A stretch of DNA of 64,000 nt, from assembly GCF_046119375.1 (NCBI RefSeq), contig NW_027362773.1, positions 154,814,001-154,878,000 of the forward strand. Direction: 5' to 3'. The notes beneath the pieces are model-generated. The model was not told the origin of the DNA. It ran no database searches and saw nothing but the letters and a program-made list of their open reading frames with translations. A program made the translations under genes and the position numbers. Source of the stretch: Phyllobates terribilis. Lineage: Eukaryota. This document shows, in pieces, positions 12,005 through 25,904 of this stretch (positions are counted from its first letter, which is position 1; every line of letters begins with the position of its first letter).

Positions 12005-13573
12005 CACTGTGTTCCAAATTATTATGCAAATAATATTTTCTCAGATTTTCCCAAATTACCTATATGAATTGCAGTCATTGTAATTTTCCAGTCCAATAAC
12101 TATTAGAGTACAATTGAAAGGTTTTTGTACAAACTGCCTATGATAACAGGATATTTTTAAAAAAAATAAAACACTCAAACTGCACTCAAAATGCATGTTC
12201 CAAATTATTATGCACAGCAGAGTTTTCAACCTTTTCATTTTAATAAAGAACAAAAAATGGTCATTTTTGAAATTCTAAGCATTAGCAGGTTATTACACAC
12301 TGAAATCAAACAGTTTTCAACTCAAAACTTTATTCTAGGTGATGTTACATTTGCACATAGGACCCCTTGTTCGAAAGGAGCATCTGAACTCTCTCGTCCA
12401 TTGAATTTGTCAGGTTTTGGATGGTTTCTGCTTCAATTGTTTTGCATGAGGACAGAATACCCTCCCAGAGCTGTTGCTTAGATGTGAACTGCCTCCCGCC
12501 ATCATAGACACTCCTTTTGATGATGCTCCAGAGGTTCTCAATGGGGTTGAGGTCAGGGGAGCATGGGTGCCACACCATAAGTTTGTCCCCTTTTATGCCC
12601 ATAGCAGCCAGAGATGCAGATGTGTTATGTGCAGCATGAGACGGGGCATTATCATGCATGAAAATGATCTTGCTGCGGAATGCACGGTTCTTCTTCTTGA
12701 ACCATGGAAGGAAGTGCTGTTTGAGAAACTCAACATACATTATGGAGTTCATCTTTACCCCTTCAGGGATCCTAAAAGGGCCGACAATCTCTCTCCCCAT
12801 GATTCCAGCCCAAAACATTACTCCACCTCCTCCTTGTTAGCGCCGTAGCCGTGTTTGCATGGGGTGTCCATCAACCAGCCATCCTCCACTCCATCCATCT
12901 GGACCATCGAGATCATTTCATGCATGATAATGCACCGTCTCATGCTGCACATAACACATCTGCATCTCTGGCTGCTATGGGCATAAAAGGGGACAAACTT
13001 ATGGTGTGGCAGCCATGCTCCCCTGACCTCAACCCCATTGAGAACCTCTGGAGCATCATCAAAAGGAGTGTCTATGATGGCGGGAGGCAGTTCACATCTA
13101 AGCAACAGCTCTGGGAGGGTATTCTGTCCTCATGCAAAACAATGAAAGCAGAAACCATCCAAAACCTGACAAATTCAATGGGCGAGAGAGTTCAGAAGCT
13201 CATTTCGAACAAGGGGTCCTATGTGCAAATGTAACATCACCTAGAATAAAGTTTTGAGTTGAAAACTGTTTGATTTCAGTGTGTAATAACCTGCTAATGC
13301 TTATAATTTCAAAAATGACCATTTTTTGTTCTTTATTAAAATGAAAAGGTTGAAAACTCTGCTGTGCATAATAATTTGGAACATGCATTTTGAGTGCAGT
13401 TTGAGTTTTTTATTGTTTTAAAAATATCCTGTTATCATAGGCAGTTTGTACAAAAACATTTCAATTGTCCTCTAATAGTTATTTGACTGGAAAATTACAA
13501 TGACTGCAATTCATATAGGTAATTTGGGAAAATCTGAGAAAATATTATTTGCATAATAATTTGGAACACAGTG
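12005..13573. mobile_element. Tc1/mariner DD37E (TRT-like) fold-back element made of two inverted 3' ends; transposase defective
   Basis: TA target sites 12003-12004 and 13574-13575; TIR CACTGTGTTCCAAATTATTATGCAAAT; transposase C-terminus on - (12345-12913) and again on + (12914-13234); HDNAPSH...SPDLNPIE with 37 residues between D and E. Confidence 0.92.
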
Positions 13574-14055
13574 TATAAAAGTCTCAGACAGATGTTTTTG
13601 CATTGTAGTAAATGTCACCTCAGTAAATGACTTACTGATTGGGGGTGTCCGCCTGACTGGAACCTTGTGAATGTCATAACAGTTTGATTGGTAGGGGTCT
13701 TACATCTAGGACCCCCCACTGATTCTCAGGCTGAGTGAGTGTTGTTAACCCCCCCCCATACACATGCACACTGGGCTCAGCGGATCGTATTAGTATTTTC
13801 AATGGGGAGAGGTGAATAAGTTGCTAACAGTTAAAGATCGGTCATATTGAAATCCAACAGTCCGATCCTTTTTTTTGCTCGAGAGTAAACACCCCATACA
13901 AATTAGATGACTGTATGGTGCCACTGAAATCTGCAGGTTTGGTTGTCATTTATATATAGTAAATGGCCACCTCTGACTCTGTGTCCAGAGACACTAATCT
14001 ACAATATTTCTCGGACACTATGGAAAACATGATGCAAGTGTGAACGTAGCCTTAA

Positions 14056-14405
14056 AGAGGACCTGTTACATGTATTTTCTTTAACTAGGGTAACCGCCGC
14101 TGTCCTCCTGAATCAGTCGATGTTTTTATTTTCTTCCTACGCCTCTCCATTCCTGAGATATGTCCTTCTGTTACCTGTATGGAATTCTTGTAATTTTTAG
14201 CCAACTGGGCGTGATCCTCAACTCCTTTATTGAGTACCACACCCTCTTGGCTACAAAAAAGACTAAATGTACATACAGCAAATGTGCCATATCTCAGGAA
14301 TGGAAAGGCGTAGGAACAAAAGAAAAACATCTCCGGATTCAGGAGAACATCAGCATTTATACCAGGTTAAACAAAAATACATATTTATGACAAGTGACCG
14401 GTTCT
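14056..14405. mobile_element. TTAA-flanked palindromic MITE (T2/Kolobok-like)
   Basis: TTAA|AGAGGACCTGTTAC ... GTGACCGGTTCT|TTAA; inner inverted repeat TACGCCTCTCCATTCCTGAGATATG / CATATCTCAGGAATGGAAAGGCGTA. Confidence 0.75.
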
Positions 14406-15143
14406 TTAAATCCTCTAATCCAATATGATCGATGTCACCATGAGTCTGTGAGAGGTGACATATATGCATGAACATCATTGCTGCCAGTAACCCCACATCA
14501 AAGTGCTCTAGAGATCCAGTGATAGTAATGTGGTGACATCAGAAGAGACTGCTGTCTGCAGATTTGGCCCAAGCAGATTATTACACCCAGGCTTCACCTC
14601 TGGCTGATACTTGATCACCGCACTCATTGGCTCGTAAGATCACTGAAATACTTACAGATCATTGGGAATGATTACAGCAGCAGGAGAGGAGTGTGCTGAC
14701 TGTCCTGGAGACAGTGACCGTATACTTATAGGAGATATGTCAGTGATGACATAAGGATGGGAATAGGTAGAAGGAGAACGTCAGTTTGTATGAGGAAGTG
14801 TTCCAGCAGCACAGAGTATTTCAGGACAGAAGGGTTGTATGTGGCATGACTACCTATTGCGCTGGGTCCAGGAGCATCAGTGGACCCCAAAGGTCTCTTT
14901 TTTTCGCCATAAAATGAGACCAATGTTATAAATGACCCCGTTACAAGTTTTTTTATTTGCATTCAAGAACTTCAAGTGTCTCCCCACCACCCCCCTGATT
15001 CTTTGTGCCATGTTTTCCTTAAACACATAGGAACATACATTTATATATCTCATCGGGATGCAGCCTGATGTTCTGTACGTCCCCCATGCTGTACACTGCA
15101 GCTCTGTTTGTTTATACTTGCCACTCTGTATAACAATTATTAA

Positions 15144-15632
15144 AGAGTTATTCCTATCTTAACGGACGGAGATTGTCGGATAGTGCTTTAAAAAAAATAA
15201 GTACTTATGCAATATACTGCTTTTAAAAATTTCCAGCCGTTCTTGAGATATTCACATTTTTTCATTTTGTTTACAGTTCAATGCCTAGGAGACCGACCAC
15301 CTCTGCTAAAGAGTAGAACATGCGTAGTGCTGACAAACTCTTTTCTATACAGCTTGTAAACACTGCTCCGAAGCTGGCTGGGATTAGGAGGTAGCAGACT
15401 ACTCTGTTGATCCTGGCCAGCTTCAAATCAGCGCTTACAAGCTATATGAGCACTTCGCATGTTCTGCTCTTTAGCAGCGGTGGTCGGTCTCCTAGGCAAC
15501 GAGCTGTAAACAAAAGAAAAATGTTAATATCTCAAAAATGGCTCAAAATTTTATTGAGCAGTAAATTGTAAAATTTCTTATATTTACGAGCATCATCTGA
15601 CCGTACCCATGTATGAAGCGGGAATAACCCCG
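15144..15632. mobile_element. TTAA-flanked palindromic MITE
   Basis: TTAA|AGAGTTATTCC ... GGAATAACCCCG|TTAA; long internal inverted repeat around CCTAGGAGACCGACCAC / GTGGTCGGTCTCCTAGG. Confidence 0.75.
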
Positions 15633-16196
15633 TTAATTCAGCAGGAAGTTTGTGCTTTGAGAACTGATTATATAAAAAAAAAGATTTTCAGGTAACTGGT
15701 GCACATACAGTGACTTTTAAGGGGCAGTGACAGTGACCATTTTTTTTTTTCAGATGTGTCGTTACCTTGTGAGGCGCAAGAGACCCCAAAATATAATTTA
15801 TTCCAAATGAACTACAAAATATCTATTTCTGCCGAGTCTCACTGCCAGCTACTGTCCTCTGTTATCAGCCACTAGGGCTTCAAACGATTCTTCATCAAGA
15901 TGTGTCCTGATCTGCTGAGGCTGAACCAACTACCGATAATCAATCCCTAATCCAAAGATAACGTTATCAGACCCTGGCCCCCCATTTACATAGATAGCTG
16001 ACGGCACACGCTGAAAGACGGGCAGATGTCTGCGGAAATTGGTGGTTCTGCAAGTGAAGACAGGACCTGATCCCAGTAATCACCATGGGTGTATGGGAGA
16101 AGATGGATTACGGCCCACAACGATTCAATAGTTCTGCCATTTTTTTCTGTGTTTTTTTTTGGGGGGGGGGGGGCACAATTTTTAACAGGCCTTTTT

Positions 16197-16480
16197 TTAT
16201 CCAAACTGTCTAAAAGAAAAGTTGTCTTTGTTGCCCATAGCAACCAATCACAATGCAGATTTCATTTTACCAAAGCAGTTCACGGAATGAAAGCTGAACT
16301 CTGATTGGTTGCTATGGGCTGCCATGACACTTCTTTTTTTTCCTTTCTTTTAGACTGGCCATAGCAACCAATCAAAGCGCAGCTTTCATTTTTCCGAAGC
16401 AGTTTAAGACATGAAAACTGAGCTCTGATTGGTTGCTATGGGCAACAAATACAGATTTACCTTTTAGACAGTTTTGATAA
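16197..16480. mobile_element. Palindromic MITE with CCATAGCAACCAATCA / TGATTGGTTGCTATGG modules
   Basis: Ends TTATCCAAACTGTCTAAAAG / CTTTTAGACAGTTTTGATAA; two internal hairpin modules. Confidence 0.7.
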
Positions 16481-19400
16481 ACAAGGCCCGGTGTGTTTTA
16501 GTACCAGTATTTTTTTTATCATTAGAAGTCTTGTGATTTTAAGATTCCTCTTAGATGATCCTCACGTGATTTGTAATGTCAAAAAACACAACAAAATAAA
16601 ACGCAACACACGGCAACATATGAATTTTTAATGGCATAGCCCTAGGAAAGGGGATATTTTCCTGATCTCTGCAGGGTTCATACTGTTCAGATCCTCCCCA
16701 CACCAGTAACCTACAGAATGGAGCCCTGCAAAATGTGTGCCAGTTTCCTAAAAACCCTTGGTGGTGGCCATCCGAATTATTTATTTTTTTATTTTTGATT
16801 GCCTTAAAAAACCTTTGTGTGAACATAGTCTAAGGCCGGATTCAGACGGAGGTATTTCACGGTCTGTATACGTATGGCTCTCAACCGTCCCGGATTCAGC
16901 GGGACCGTCCCGGATTCAGTGGGACTGTCCCGATTTGAGGTCTCAGTCCCGCCATCCTGGCACATAAGGGCTTTATACCTATAAAACTACTAAATACAAT
17001 AAAAAGCAATTACAAAAATTACTTTTTTTTTTCTTTTTTGAGTCTCCCTGATATTCAAACCCACAACCTTCAACATTACAAGCAGGAGATAAAGCAATAG
17101 AGATACAGTCTCTAGTGCTGTCACAGTCAGAATTTTGTATACTTGATCTGTATTGCAGACTGTGACTCCACAGGCAGATTATACTGATAGAAATACACTG
17201 CTGTGTACAATGCATGTCCCCATATTTTAGAGAATAAAGAGATTTTTTTTGCTTCCTATAAATTACTAAAAAATAATGAAAAAAATTACAATAATGTCAT
17301 TTTTAATGTGTTTTTTTTTTAAATAATGAACATCACAAATCAGAAAATAACATGGACATATTTGGTGTTCCTGTAATCGTAATGATCCCCACAACGCAGC
17401 GATCAGATTATTTACAGAGATCGGTAAATGGCGTAAAAAAACTGGCGTGATTGATTTTTTTTCTCTATTAAACCCATAAAAAAATATAATAAAAATGAAA
17501 TGCTGAGGCCATGTTCACACATAGCGTAAGTGCTGCGTTTTTTTCTACTGTACATTTCTGCAGGTGTCTTCACCGCACGACGCAATACAATCTTCTCTGA
17601 TTATTGCGCGTTTGCTGCGTTTCTTTTATGAGTTTTCCACATTATTTGATGCGCTTTTGGTGCAGATGTGAAGCCGCATTTTTAACGCTTTTTTAATACT
17701 ACAGAAAAGCTTTGATTCTGCGCTTAAAAATGCAAAGGTTTTTTTTTTCTTGTGTATTTTTCAAGCCACACATAGAAGTTTCTAGAGAAAAAAAAGCAAC
17801 AAAACCACAGAGTTCAGCGACGTCTTTAGACGTAAAGGGGGTATGCAATTTTCATGAAATCACATCCACTTTGCTCGGAAATTTAGGCCGTGTTCACATG
17901 TAGCGTAAATGCTGCGTATTTTCTGATGCTTTTTTTTTTCCCCAGAAATTCAGCTATGCATCAAATATGGGGGAGAAGGCCTCAAAAAATGCAGCAAAGA
18001 TGCAATAATCAGAGAAGATTGTTATTGTGTAGTTTAGTGCAGATCCTGCAGAAAACAAAAAAAAACCACAGTATTTCTGCTACGTGTGAACACGGCTTTA
18101 CAAACACAAAAAAGCCAGATGTCATATAGTGAAGCTACATAAAGATGAGAAAGTTCTGGCGGCTCCGACTGTGAATGAGGGAACAAAAAATAATCCTCAG
18201 GTCCCAACAAGAGATGAGCAGGACGCACAGATGACGTCGCGCTGCCCTGGGTGATCAAAAGCCGCGGGGGACGCCGGATGGTTAGAGATTCACAACCTCC
18301 GGTCCAGCCGCCAGGTAGCGCTGATCTGGACGCTGGACCGGAGTCCCGTTAATCGATCCCCTCATCTCTAGTCCTAACTGTCCTGGATACAGCGGACAGT
18401 CACGAATTTAGGTCTACACCCTGCAGTCTTGGGCATCTGCTGAATGTCCCTCACTGCCAGCGCCCCTCTGACAACTCCTCCTGCCAGGGGAGAAAATAAT
18501 GGTAAATGAGAGTGGAATGGGGTGTGGTGCAGAAAATCAGCAGATAAAAATCACACATTTTTAGTGTGTTTCCAAGGAGGAAAAGCATCAAAAACCCATG
18601 TAATTCGCACCTTAAGTATATAAAGTTTTGTCAAAGCCAAATACCAGGAAGTATCAAAAACAAAGCGTGAGGCACCAAACAAACACAATACACACAGTGT
18701 CAAAAACGCAATAAAAACACGTTAAACAAATGCACACAAAAAGGCAATGAAAAACCGCAGGTAACCTAATTTAAATAATAGGTGAAGAAATGGTGCAGGA
18801 ATTCTGCAGCATCAAAAACTCACCAAAAGCTCATTGTGGGAACACTTAGGAAACACTTCTTTTTTTCACTGAGTTTTTGGAGGAGTCTTTCTTTTCCTAA
18901 AGTGTTTTGGAATAGGTTTTCCGCCTAAATCGTTCTTTGCAGCCTTCTGATTGGACAGTGCCTAGTTTGGTGTTGATTCAATCAGTATCTGCTTCAAAGA
19001 AGTGACATAAACTCATTTTTTTTTTCTTCTAGGCATTTTTCAAAACCTTTTCAGAAAAAAAACCCTCAAAAACTCCTTATTTGAACAGTAAAGTGGATTT
19101 CCTATAGAAATGAAGTAGAAAAGTTTTCCAATTAGTTTTGAGGAAGATTTTGTAAAGTATTCTCTAAAAAAAAAGCCTCATAAAAAAAACTCCCTGTGAA
19201 CTTAGCCTCAGTGGAAAGTTAACATAGAGGTTTTTTTGAGGAATGTTTGGAGCAGAAACTCTCCAATATCCTCCTTAAAACTCTGGAGTTTCTGCAAAAA
19301 AAAACCTCAGCAAAAAGACTTGGTGGAAACACCCAAAGGATAGGTGCACACGGCTTTATGATGACAAAGGAACCGCTAAGTTTTCCAAAGCACAAATGTT

Positions 19401-20258
19401 TTTACATTTCTGTGAATTATGTTCATTTTTTGCAGTGCTTTCTCAGGCAGATTGAAAAAGATGTTGTGTGCATATATCCTCAGGATATGTGCACGCTGAG
19501 TTTCGTTTCCTGAATTTACGGAGCAGAAACTCTCCAATCAAAACTCCTGGTTTTTTGAACTTCTCGTGAATTTTAGAATTTCTTCTCTAAAAACTCGGCA
19601 AAAAAAATCAGTGTGAACACAACCTTAAGTTCTTATGTCTGTCTTTCTCTTGGCTCTTATGAGCACATCAAAGTTCAGCTTAAGAGGTCTGTCTGGTACT
19701 TTCATATTGATCATCCATAGGATAGGTCATCAATACCAGATCGGTGGCCATGACACCCGGTACTCCTGCCATTCGGCGGGGTGTGATGAATTGTGGAGCG
19801 GAACGGCATAGCTCTGTTAACTGTATAATGGCTGCAGTGGGGTACTGCAGATCCACCTCTATTCTTTTGATCAGGGGCAGATGTGCAGTACCCAGCCACT
19901 GCCACTATGCAGATGAAGGCGCTGTGCTGCGCAGAAATCAATGGGTTCTCCAGGTGATAAAATGACGTGCTGGGTCCTCCAAAAAATTTTTAAAATACTC
20001 GGTCCTCTACTATGGATAATAAAAGAGGATCCTGAGAAACAGAGAAACCCCGTTTACTAATCCAAAACTCCCTGCAGATGTGCACAGTATTCAGCATTTG
20101 CTGCAGATTTTTCTATGGCAAATACTTGAGCAGTGGCAGGAAAAATGCTGCACATCACTAAAAAAAGAGCGCTCATATTACTGCCCCTTCACCCGCTATC
20201 AGTGCCACCACAGTGATATTTAGCAGCACTGCGCCAATCTGATGACTGCGCGCTCCTA

Positions 20259-20277
20259 GACTGACATCTAGTGGCAG
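20259..20277 (-). promoter_or_regulatory. CTCF-like motif between LMO2 and FBXO3
   Basis: Minus strand reads CTGCCACTAGATGTCAGTC, close to CCASYAGRKGGCRS. Confidence 0.4.
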
Positions 20278-21416
20278 AAATTATGTAATACAGCACCAGA
20301 TTCATGCATGCAGTGCAATGCCAGACCCAGGTAACAAACTCTGGCCGACGATCTGCAACATACTGGATCCACCACAAGTCAATAAGGTTTTGGAAACCCA
20401 CTTCTCATATATCGTACTTCTTCCTTTTCGTTTTTTTCCTCCCCTTCTTCCAAGAGTTAGATATATTTTTTTATTCTTCCGTAGTCTTATATTTTTATTT
20501 TTGCATGACGATTGTAGTTTTGAATGACACCAGTTACTTTACCATAAAACGTACTGATAAAAAAAAAAAATCCAATAGTGAAAAAAAAAATGCATTTTAT
20601 CCATTGTTTTTATTTTTGTGGGGGGAGGGGTGGATTCGCTTTCATTGTGCAATAAAACTGACCAGGGAACCTGATTCTCCGGGTTTGTATGATTACAGCG
20701 TTACCAAACCTGTGCATTTTTTTATTATCTTGCTGACTTTTGGAATTCATATATATAAATAAAAAATATATATTTTTTTTGTTGTTGTTTTTTTGAAGAG
20801 TTTACCCAAAGGGTTAAATTGCATTCTTTCATAGATTGGACTTTTACAGACCTGGCAGTAGTGCATGTTTGTTTGTTTTTTTTCACTGGATTATTTAACC
20901 TTTTATGTGTTTTTTCCTCTTTTTAATATGTTTATTAAACTTTTTTTTGTTACATTGCAGTTTATTTATTTGCCCCCTCCTAGCTAATTGCTTGCATTTC
21001 AGTATATAGTGTAAATGGTGGTTTGCTATGAAGCCTGTGCCTCCCCGCGGGCTGATGGGGGTTGGGAGTATTAGATCAATGCTAGAATGAAATCTTTACC
21101 AGGAGCGCAACATTTTTTTATTTCTTTATTTACTTATCAAACTGATATTTATTAGATTTTTTATGTTATAAATGTAAGGAATGTTTTTTGTGTTACATGT
21201 ATTTTTTTTTTTATTTACAATGTTTTTCTCCTCATATCACAATCGTTATTAAAAATAAAAATGAGAAATCTCGCTATTTTCACATTGGCTATTGGAGCTT
21301 TTTATACTTGAACTTCCTCTTGTTTCAGGAAACAAAACACATGTACATTATCCACAAAGACCAGACGCTGACTCTTTCTTCTTTATATAAGTATCAAATG
21401 AGTGTGTGCAAAAGTG

Positions 21417-24076
21417 GAGAGGAGGTGAGCTGTGACACCACCTATTGTGAATGGTGGATCCTGTGTGATCTACTGTATATAGAGGTGTTATCAGTCATTG
21501 TACAGGAGGAGGAAGTGAGCTGTGACATCACCTATTGTGAATGGTGGATCCTGTGTGATCTACTGAATATAGAGGTGTTATCAGTCATTGTACAGGAGGA
21601 GGAGGTGAGCTGTGACATCACCTATTGTGAATGGTGGATCCTGTGCTATCTACTGTATATAGAGGTGTTATCAGTCATTGTACAGGAGGAAGAGGTGAGC
21701 TGTGATATCACCTATTGTGAATGGTGGATCCTGTGTTATCAGTCATTGTACAGGAGGAAGAGGTGAGCTGTGATATCACCTATTGTGAATGGTGGATCCT
21801 GTGTTATCTACTGTATATAGAGGTGTTATCAGTCATTGTACAGGAGGAAGAGGTGAGCTGTGATATCACCTATTGTGAATGGTGGATCCTGTGTTATTTA
21901 CTGTATATAGAGGTGTTATCAGTCATTGTACAGGAGGAGGTGAGCTGTGATATCACCTATTGTGAATGGTGGATCCTGTGTTATCTACTGTATATAGAGG
22001 TGTTATCAGTCATTGTACAGGAGGAGGTGAGCTGTGATATCACCTATTGTGAATGGTGGATCCTGTGTTATCTACTGTATATAGAGGTGTTATCAGTCAT
22101 TGTACAGGAGGAAGAGGTGAGCTGTGATATCACCTATTGTGAATGGTGGATCCTGTGTTATCTACTGTATATAGAGGTGTTATCAGTCATTGTACAGGAG
22201 GAGGAGGTGAGCTGTGACCTCACCTATTGTGAATGGTGGATCCTGTGTTATCTACTGTATATAGAGGTGTTATCAGTCATTGTACAGGAGGAAGAGGTGA
22301 GCTGTGATATCACCTATTGTGAATGGTGGATCCTGTGTTATCTACTGTATATAGAGGTGTTATCAGTCATTATACAGGAGGAGGAGGTGAGCTGTGATAT
22401 CACCTATTGTGAATGGTGGATCCTGTGTTATCTACTGTATATAGAGGTGTTATCAGTCATTGTACAGGAGGAGGAGGTGAGCTGTGACATCATCTATTGT
22501 GAATGGTGGATCCTGTGTTATCTACTGTATATAGAGGTGTTATCAGTAATTGTACAGGAGGAGGAGGTGAGCTGTGACATCACCTATTGTGAATGGTGGA
22601 TCCTGTGTTATCTACTGTATATAGAGGTGTTATCAGTCATTGTACAGGAGGAAGAGGTGAGCTGTGATATCACCTATTGTGAATGGTGGATCCTGTGTTA
22701 TCTACTGTATATAGAGGTGTTATCAGTAATTGTACAGGAGGAGGAGGTGAGCTGTGACATCACCTATTGTGAATGGTGGATCCTGTGTTATCTACTGTAT
22801 ATAGAGGTGTTATCAGTCATTGTACAGGAGGAGGAGGAGAGCTGTGACATCACCTATTGTGAATGGTGGATCCTGTGTTATCTACTGTATATAAAGGTGT
22901 TATCTGTCATTGTACAGGAGGAGGTAAGCTGTGACATCACCTATTGTGAATGGTGGGTCCTGTGTTATCTACTGTATATAGAGGTGTTATCAGTCATTGT
23001 ACAGGAGGAGGAGGAGAGCTGTGACATCACCTATTGTGAATGGTGGATCCTGTGTTATCTACTGTACATAGAGGTGTTATCAGACATTGTACAGGAGGAA
23101 GAGGTGAGCTGTGACATCACCTATTGTGAATGGTGGGTCCTGTGTTATCTACTGTATATAGAGGTGTTATCAGTCATTGTACAGGAGGAGGAGGAGAGCT
23201 GTGACATCACCTATTGTGAATGGTGGATCCTGTGTTATCTACTGTATATAAAGGTGTTATCTGTCATTGTACAGGAGGAGGAGGTGAGCTGTGACATCAC
23301 CTATTGTGAATGGTGGGTCCTGTGTTATCTACTGTATATAGAGGTGTTATCAGTCATTGTACAGGAGGAGGAGGAGAGCTGTGACATCACCTATTGTGAA
23401 TGGTGGATCCTGTGTTATCTACTGTACATAGAGGTGTTATCATTCATTGTACAGGAAGAGGTGAGCTGTGATATCACCTATTGTGAATGGTGGATCCTGT
23501 GTTATCTACTGTATATAAAGGTGTTATCTGTCATTGTACAGGAGGAGGAGGTGAGCTGTGACATCACCTATTGTGAATGGTGGGTCCTGTGTTATCTACT
23601 GTATATAGAGGTGTTATCAGTCATTGTACAGGAGGAGGAGGAGAGCTGTGACATCACCTATTGTGAATGGTGGATCCTGTGTTATCTACTGTACATAGAG
23701 GTGTTATCAGTCATTGTACAGGAGGAGGAGGTGAGCTGTGACATCACCTATTGTGAATGGTGGGTCCTGTGTTATCTACTGTATATAGAGGTGTTATCAG
23801 TCATTGTACAGGAGGAGGAGGAGAGCTGTGACATCACCTATTGTGAATGGTGGATCCTGTGTTATCTACTGTATATAAAGGTGTTATCTGTCATTGTACA
23901 GGAGGAGGAGGTGAGCTGTGACATCACCTATTGTGAATGGTGGGTCCTGTGTTATCTACTGTATATAGAGGTGTTATCAGTCATTGTACAGGAGGAGGAG
24001 GAGAGCTGTGACATCACCTATTGTGAATGGTGGATCCTGTGTTATCTACTGTACATAGAGGTGTTATCATTCATTG
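21417..24076 (+). repeat. 90-bp (87-93) satellite array, about 30 copies; resumes after the hAT insertion at 27188-27365
   Basis: Unit GAGGAGGAGGTGAGCTGTGACATCACCTATTGTGAATGGTGGATCCTGTGTTATCTACTGTATATAGAGGTGTTATCAGTCATTGTACAG; source of the 797-aa ORF. Confidence 0.97.
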
Positions 24077-24494
24077 CAGGGGCGGAACTACCGCCCGTGC
24101 AGCCGGTTCATTGAACGGGGGCCCCGAGGGAGAGGGGGCCCCTCCAGCCTCCAGCAGGGCCGCCATCAGGGCATGACTGCCCTGACTCCAGTATGGGGCC
24201 CGGCCGGTAGGGGCCCCCTCGGGGGCCCCCCTCTTGTGCGTCTCTCTCCTCATGGGGCCCCCGGCCCCATGCTATGCGCCGGGTCCGGGACATTTCAGCG
24301 CTGAGCTGCGCTGTTGCAGCAGTGCCTTCATGATTCCCCTGACTTCCGGTCATGTGACGGTGCCGTCACATGGCCGGAAGTCAGGAGAACCTGCTGTCAG
24401 CGATTTGGACGAGCGCCAGGATTCTGCAGGGATCGCATGGGGGTAAGTATAACAAGTTTTATTTTTTTTTAAATACAATTAACTAGGAGTGGAG

Positions 24495-25345
24495 AGATGG
24501 GAGATGCACATGTGTGTGTGTGTGGGGGGGAGATGGGAGATGCACGTGTGTGGGGGGGGAGATGGGAGATGCACATGTGTGTGTGTGGGGGGGGATGGGA
24601 GATGCACATGTGTGTGGGGGGAGATGGGAGATGCACATGTGTGTGTGTGGGGGGGGAGATGGGAGATGCACATGTGTGTGGGGGGGGAGATGGGAGATGC
24701 ACATGTGTGTGTGGGGGGGGGATGGGAGATGCACATGTGTGTGGGGGGGAGATGGGAGATGCACATGTGTGTGTGTGGGGGGGGAGATGGGAGATGCACA
24801 TGTGTGTGGGGGGGGGAGATGGGAGATGCACATGTGTGGGGGGGGAGATGGGAGATGCACATGTGTGTGGGGGGGGGATGGGAGATGCACATGTGTGTGG
24901 GGGGGGGATGGGAGATGCACATGTGTGTGGGGGGGGAGATGGGAGATGCACATGTGTGTGGGGGGGAGATGGGAGATGCACATGTGTGGGGGGGGATGGG
25001 AGATGCACATGTGTGTGGGGGGGAGATGGGAGATGCACATGTGTGGGGGGGGGAGATGGGAGATGCACATGTGTGGGGGGGAGATGGGAGATGCACATGT
25101 GTGGGGGGGGAGATGGGAGATGCACATGTGGGGGGGGATGAGAGAGGTGCACATGTGGTGGAGGGGGATGAGAGAGGTGCACATGTGGTGGAGGGGGATG
25201 AGAGAGGGGTACATGTGGGGGAGGGGGATGAGAGAGGGGCACATGTGGGGGAGGGGGACGAGAGGGGCACATGTGGGGGAGGGGGGTGAGAGAGGGGCAC
25301 ATGTGGGGGAGGGGGTGAGAGATGTGCACATGGGGGGGGATGAGA
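24495..25345. repeat. G-rich minisatellite (GGGAGATGGGAGATGCACATGTGTGTG(G)n, about 25-30 bp) inside the hAT element
   Basis: Read directly; explains ORFs 24469-25649. Confidence 0.9.
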
Positions 25346-25904
25346 GCTGCACATGGGGGGGTTTGAGAGCTGCACATGGGGGAATTGGGAGTAGGGGGAT
25401 AATGAGCTGCACATAACGAATGTGGGGTGGGGGAGAGTAAATGATAAATGATGATGGGGTGGGGAGAGCACGGACATGATATAATGAATTGGGGCAGGGG
25501 GTGCATGTAAATATTGAATGGGGGGAGCAGGAAGTATAGAGTAGGGGGCGTTGCGGATGCAGGAGTGTGACTGGTAACAAATTGGCGGAAAGAGTAGAGG
25601 TTCTAATTAAATTATATATTAAGTGCCTATTTACAGTTAATGGGGGCACAGTGGTGGATTACAATTTATATTTGGAATGGTAGGTTGCATAATAACTAAC
25701 CATATATTGATGGTGGATGCACGTCTGTATTCAGCTGCGTAATGTAGAAGTTGAGGAATGTGCTCTAGATAACTGTGTTATTTTATGCAGAGACGAGTCC
25801 TGGCTGGAAGACGTGATGGCGGTCTGTGCTGGATGAAGGAGAAAAGCGAAGATGAAGGACTTCACCTAGAGACGTCACCAGTGAGTCAGTCTATTACATA
25901 TACA

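Noticed and set aside
21721-24114. 797-aa ORF of EEEVSCDITYCEWWILCYLLYIEVLSVIVQ repeats
   Set aside because: Translation of a 90-bp satellite whose unit is a multiple of 3. The frame breaks at 21721-21766 and in the second array (55549-56241), and there are no splice or promoter signals.
24469-25649. Six overlapping Pro/His- or Gly-rich ORFs
   Set aside because: G-rich minisatellite lacking stop codons in all frames.
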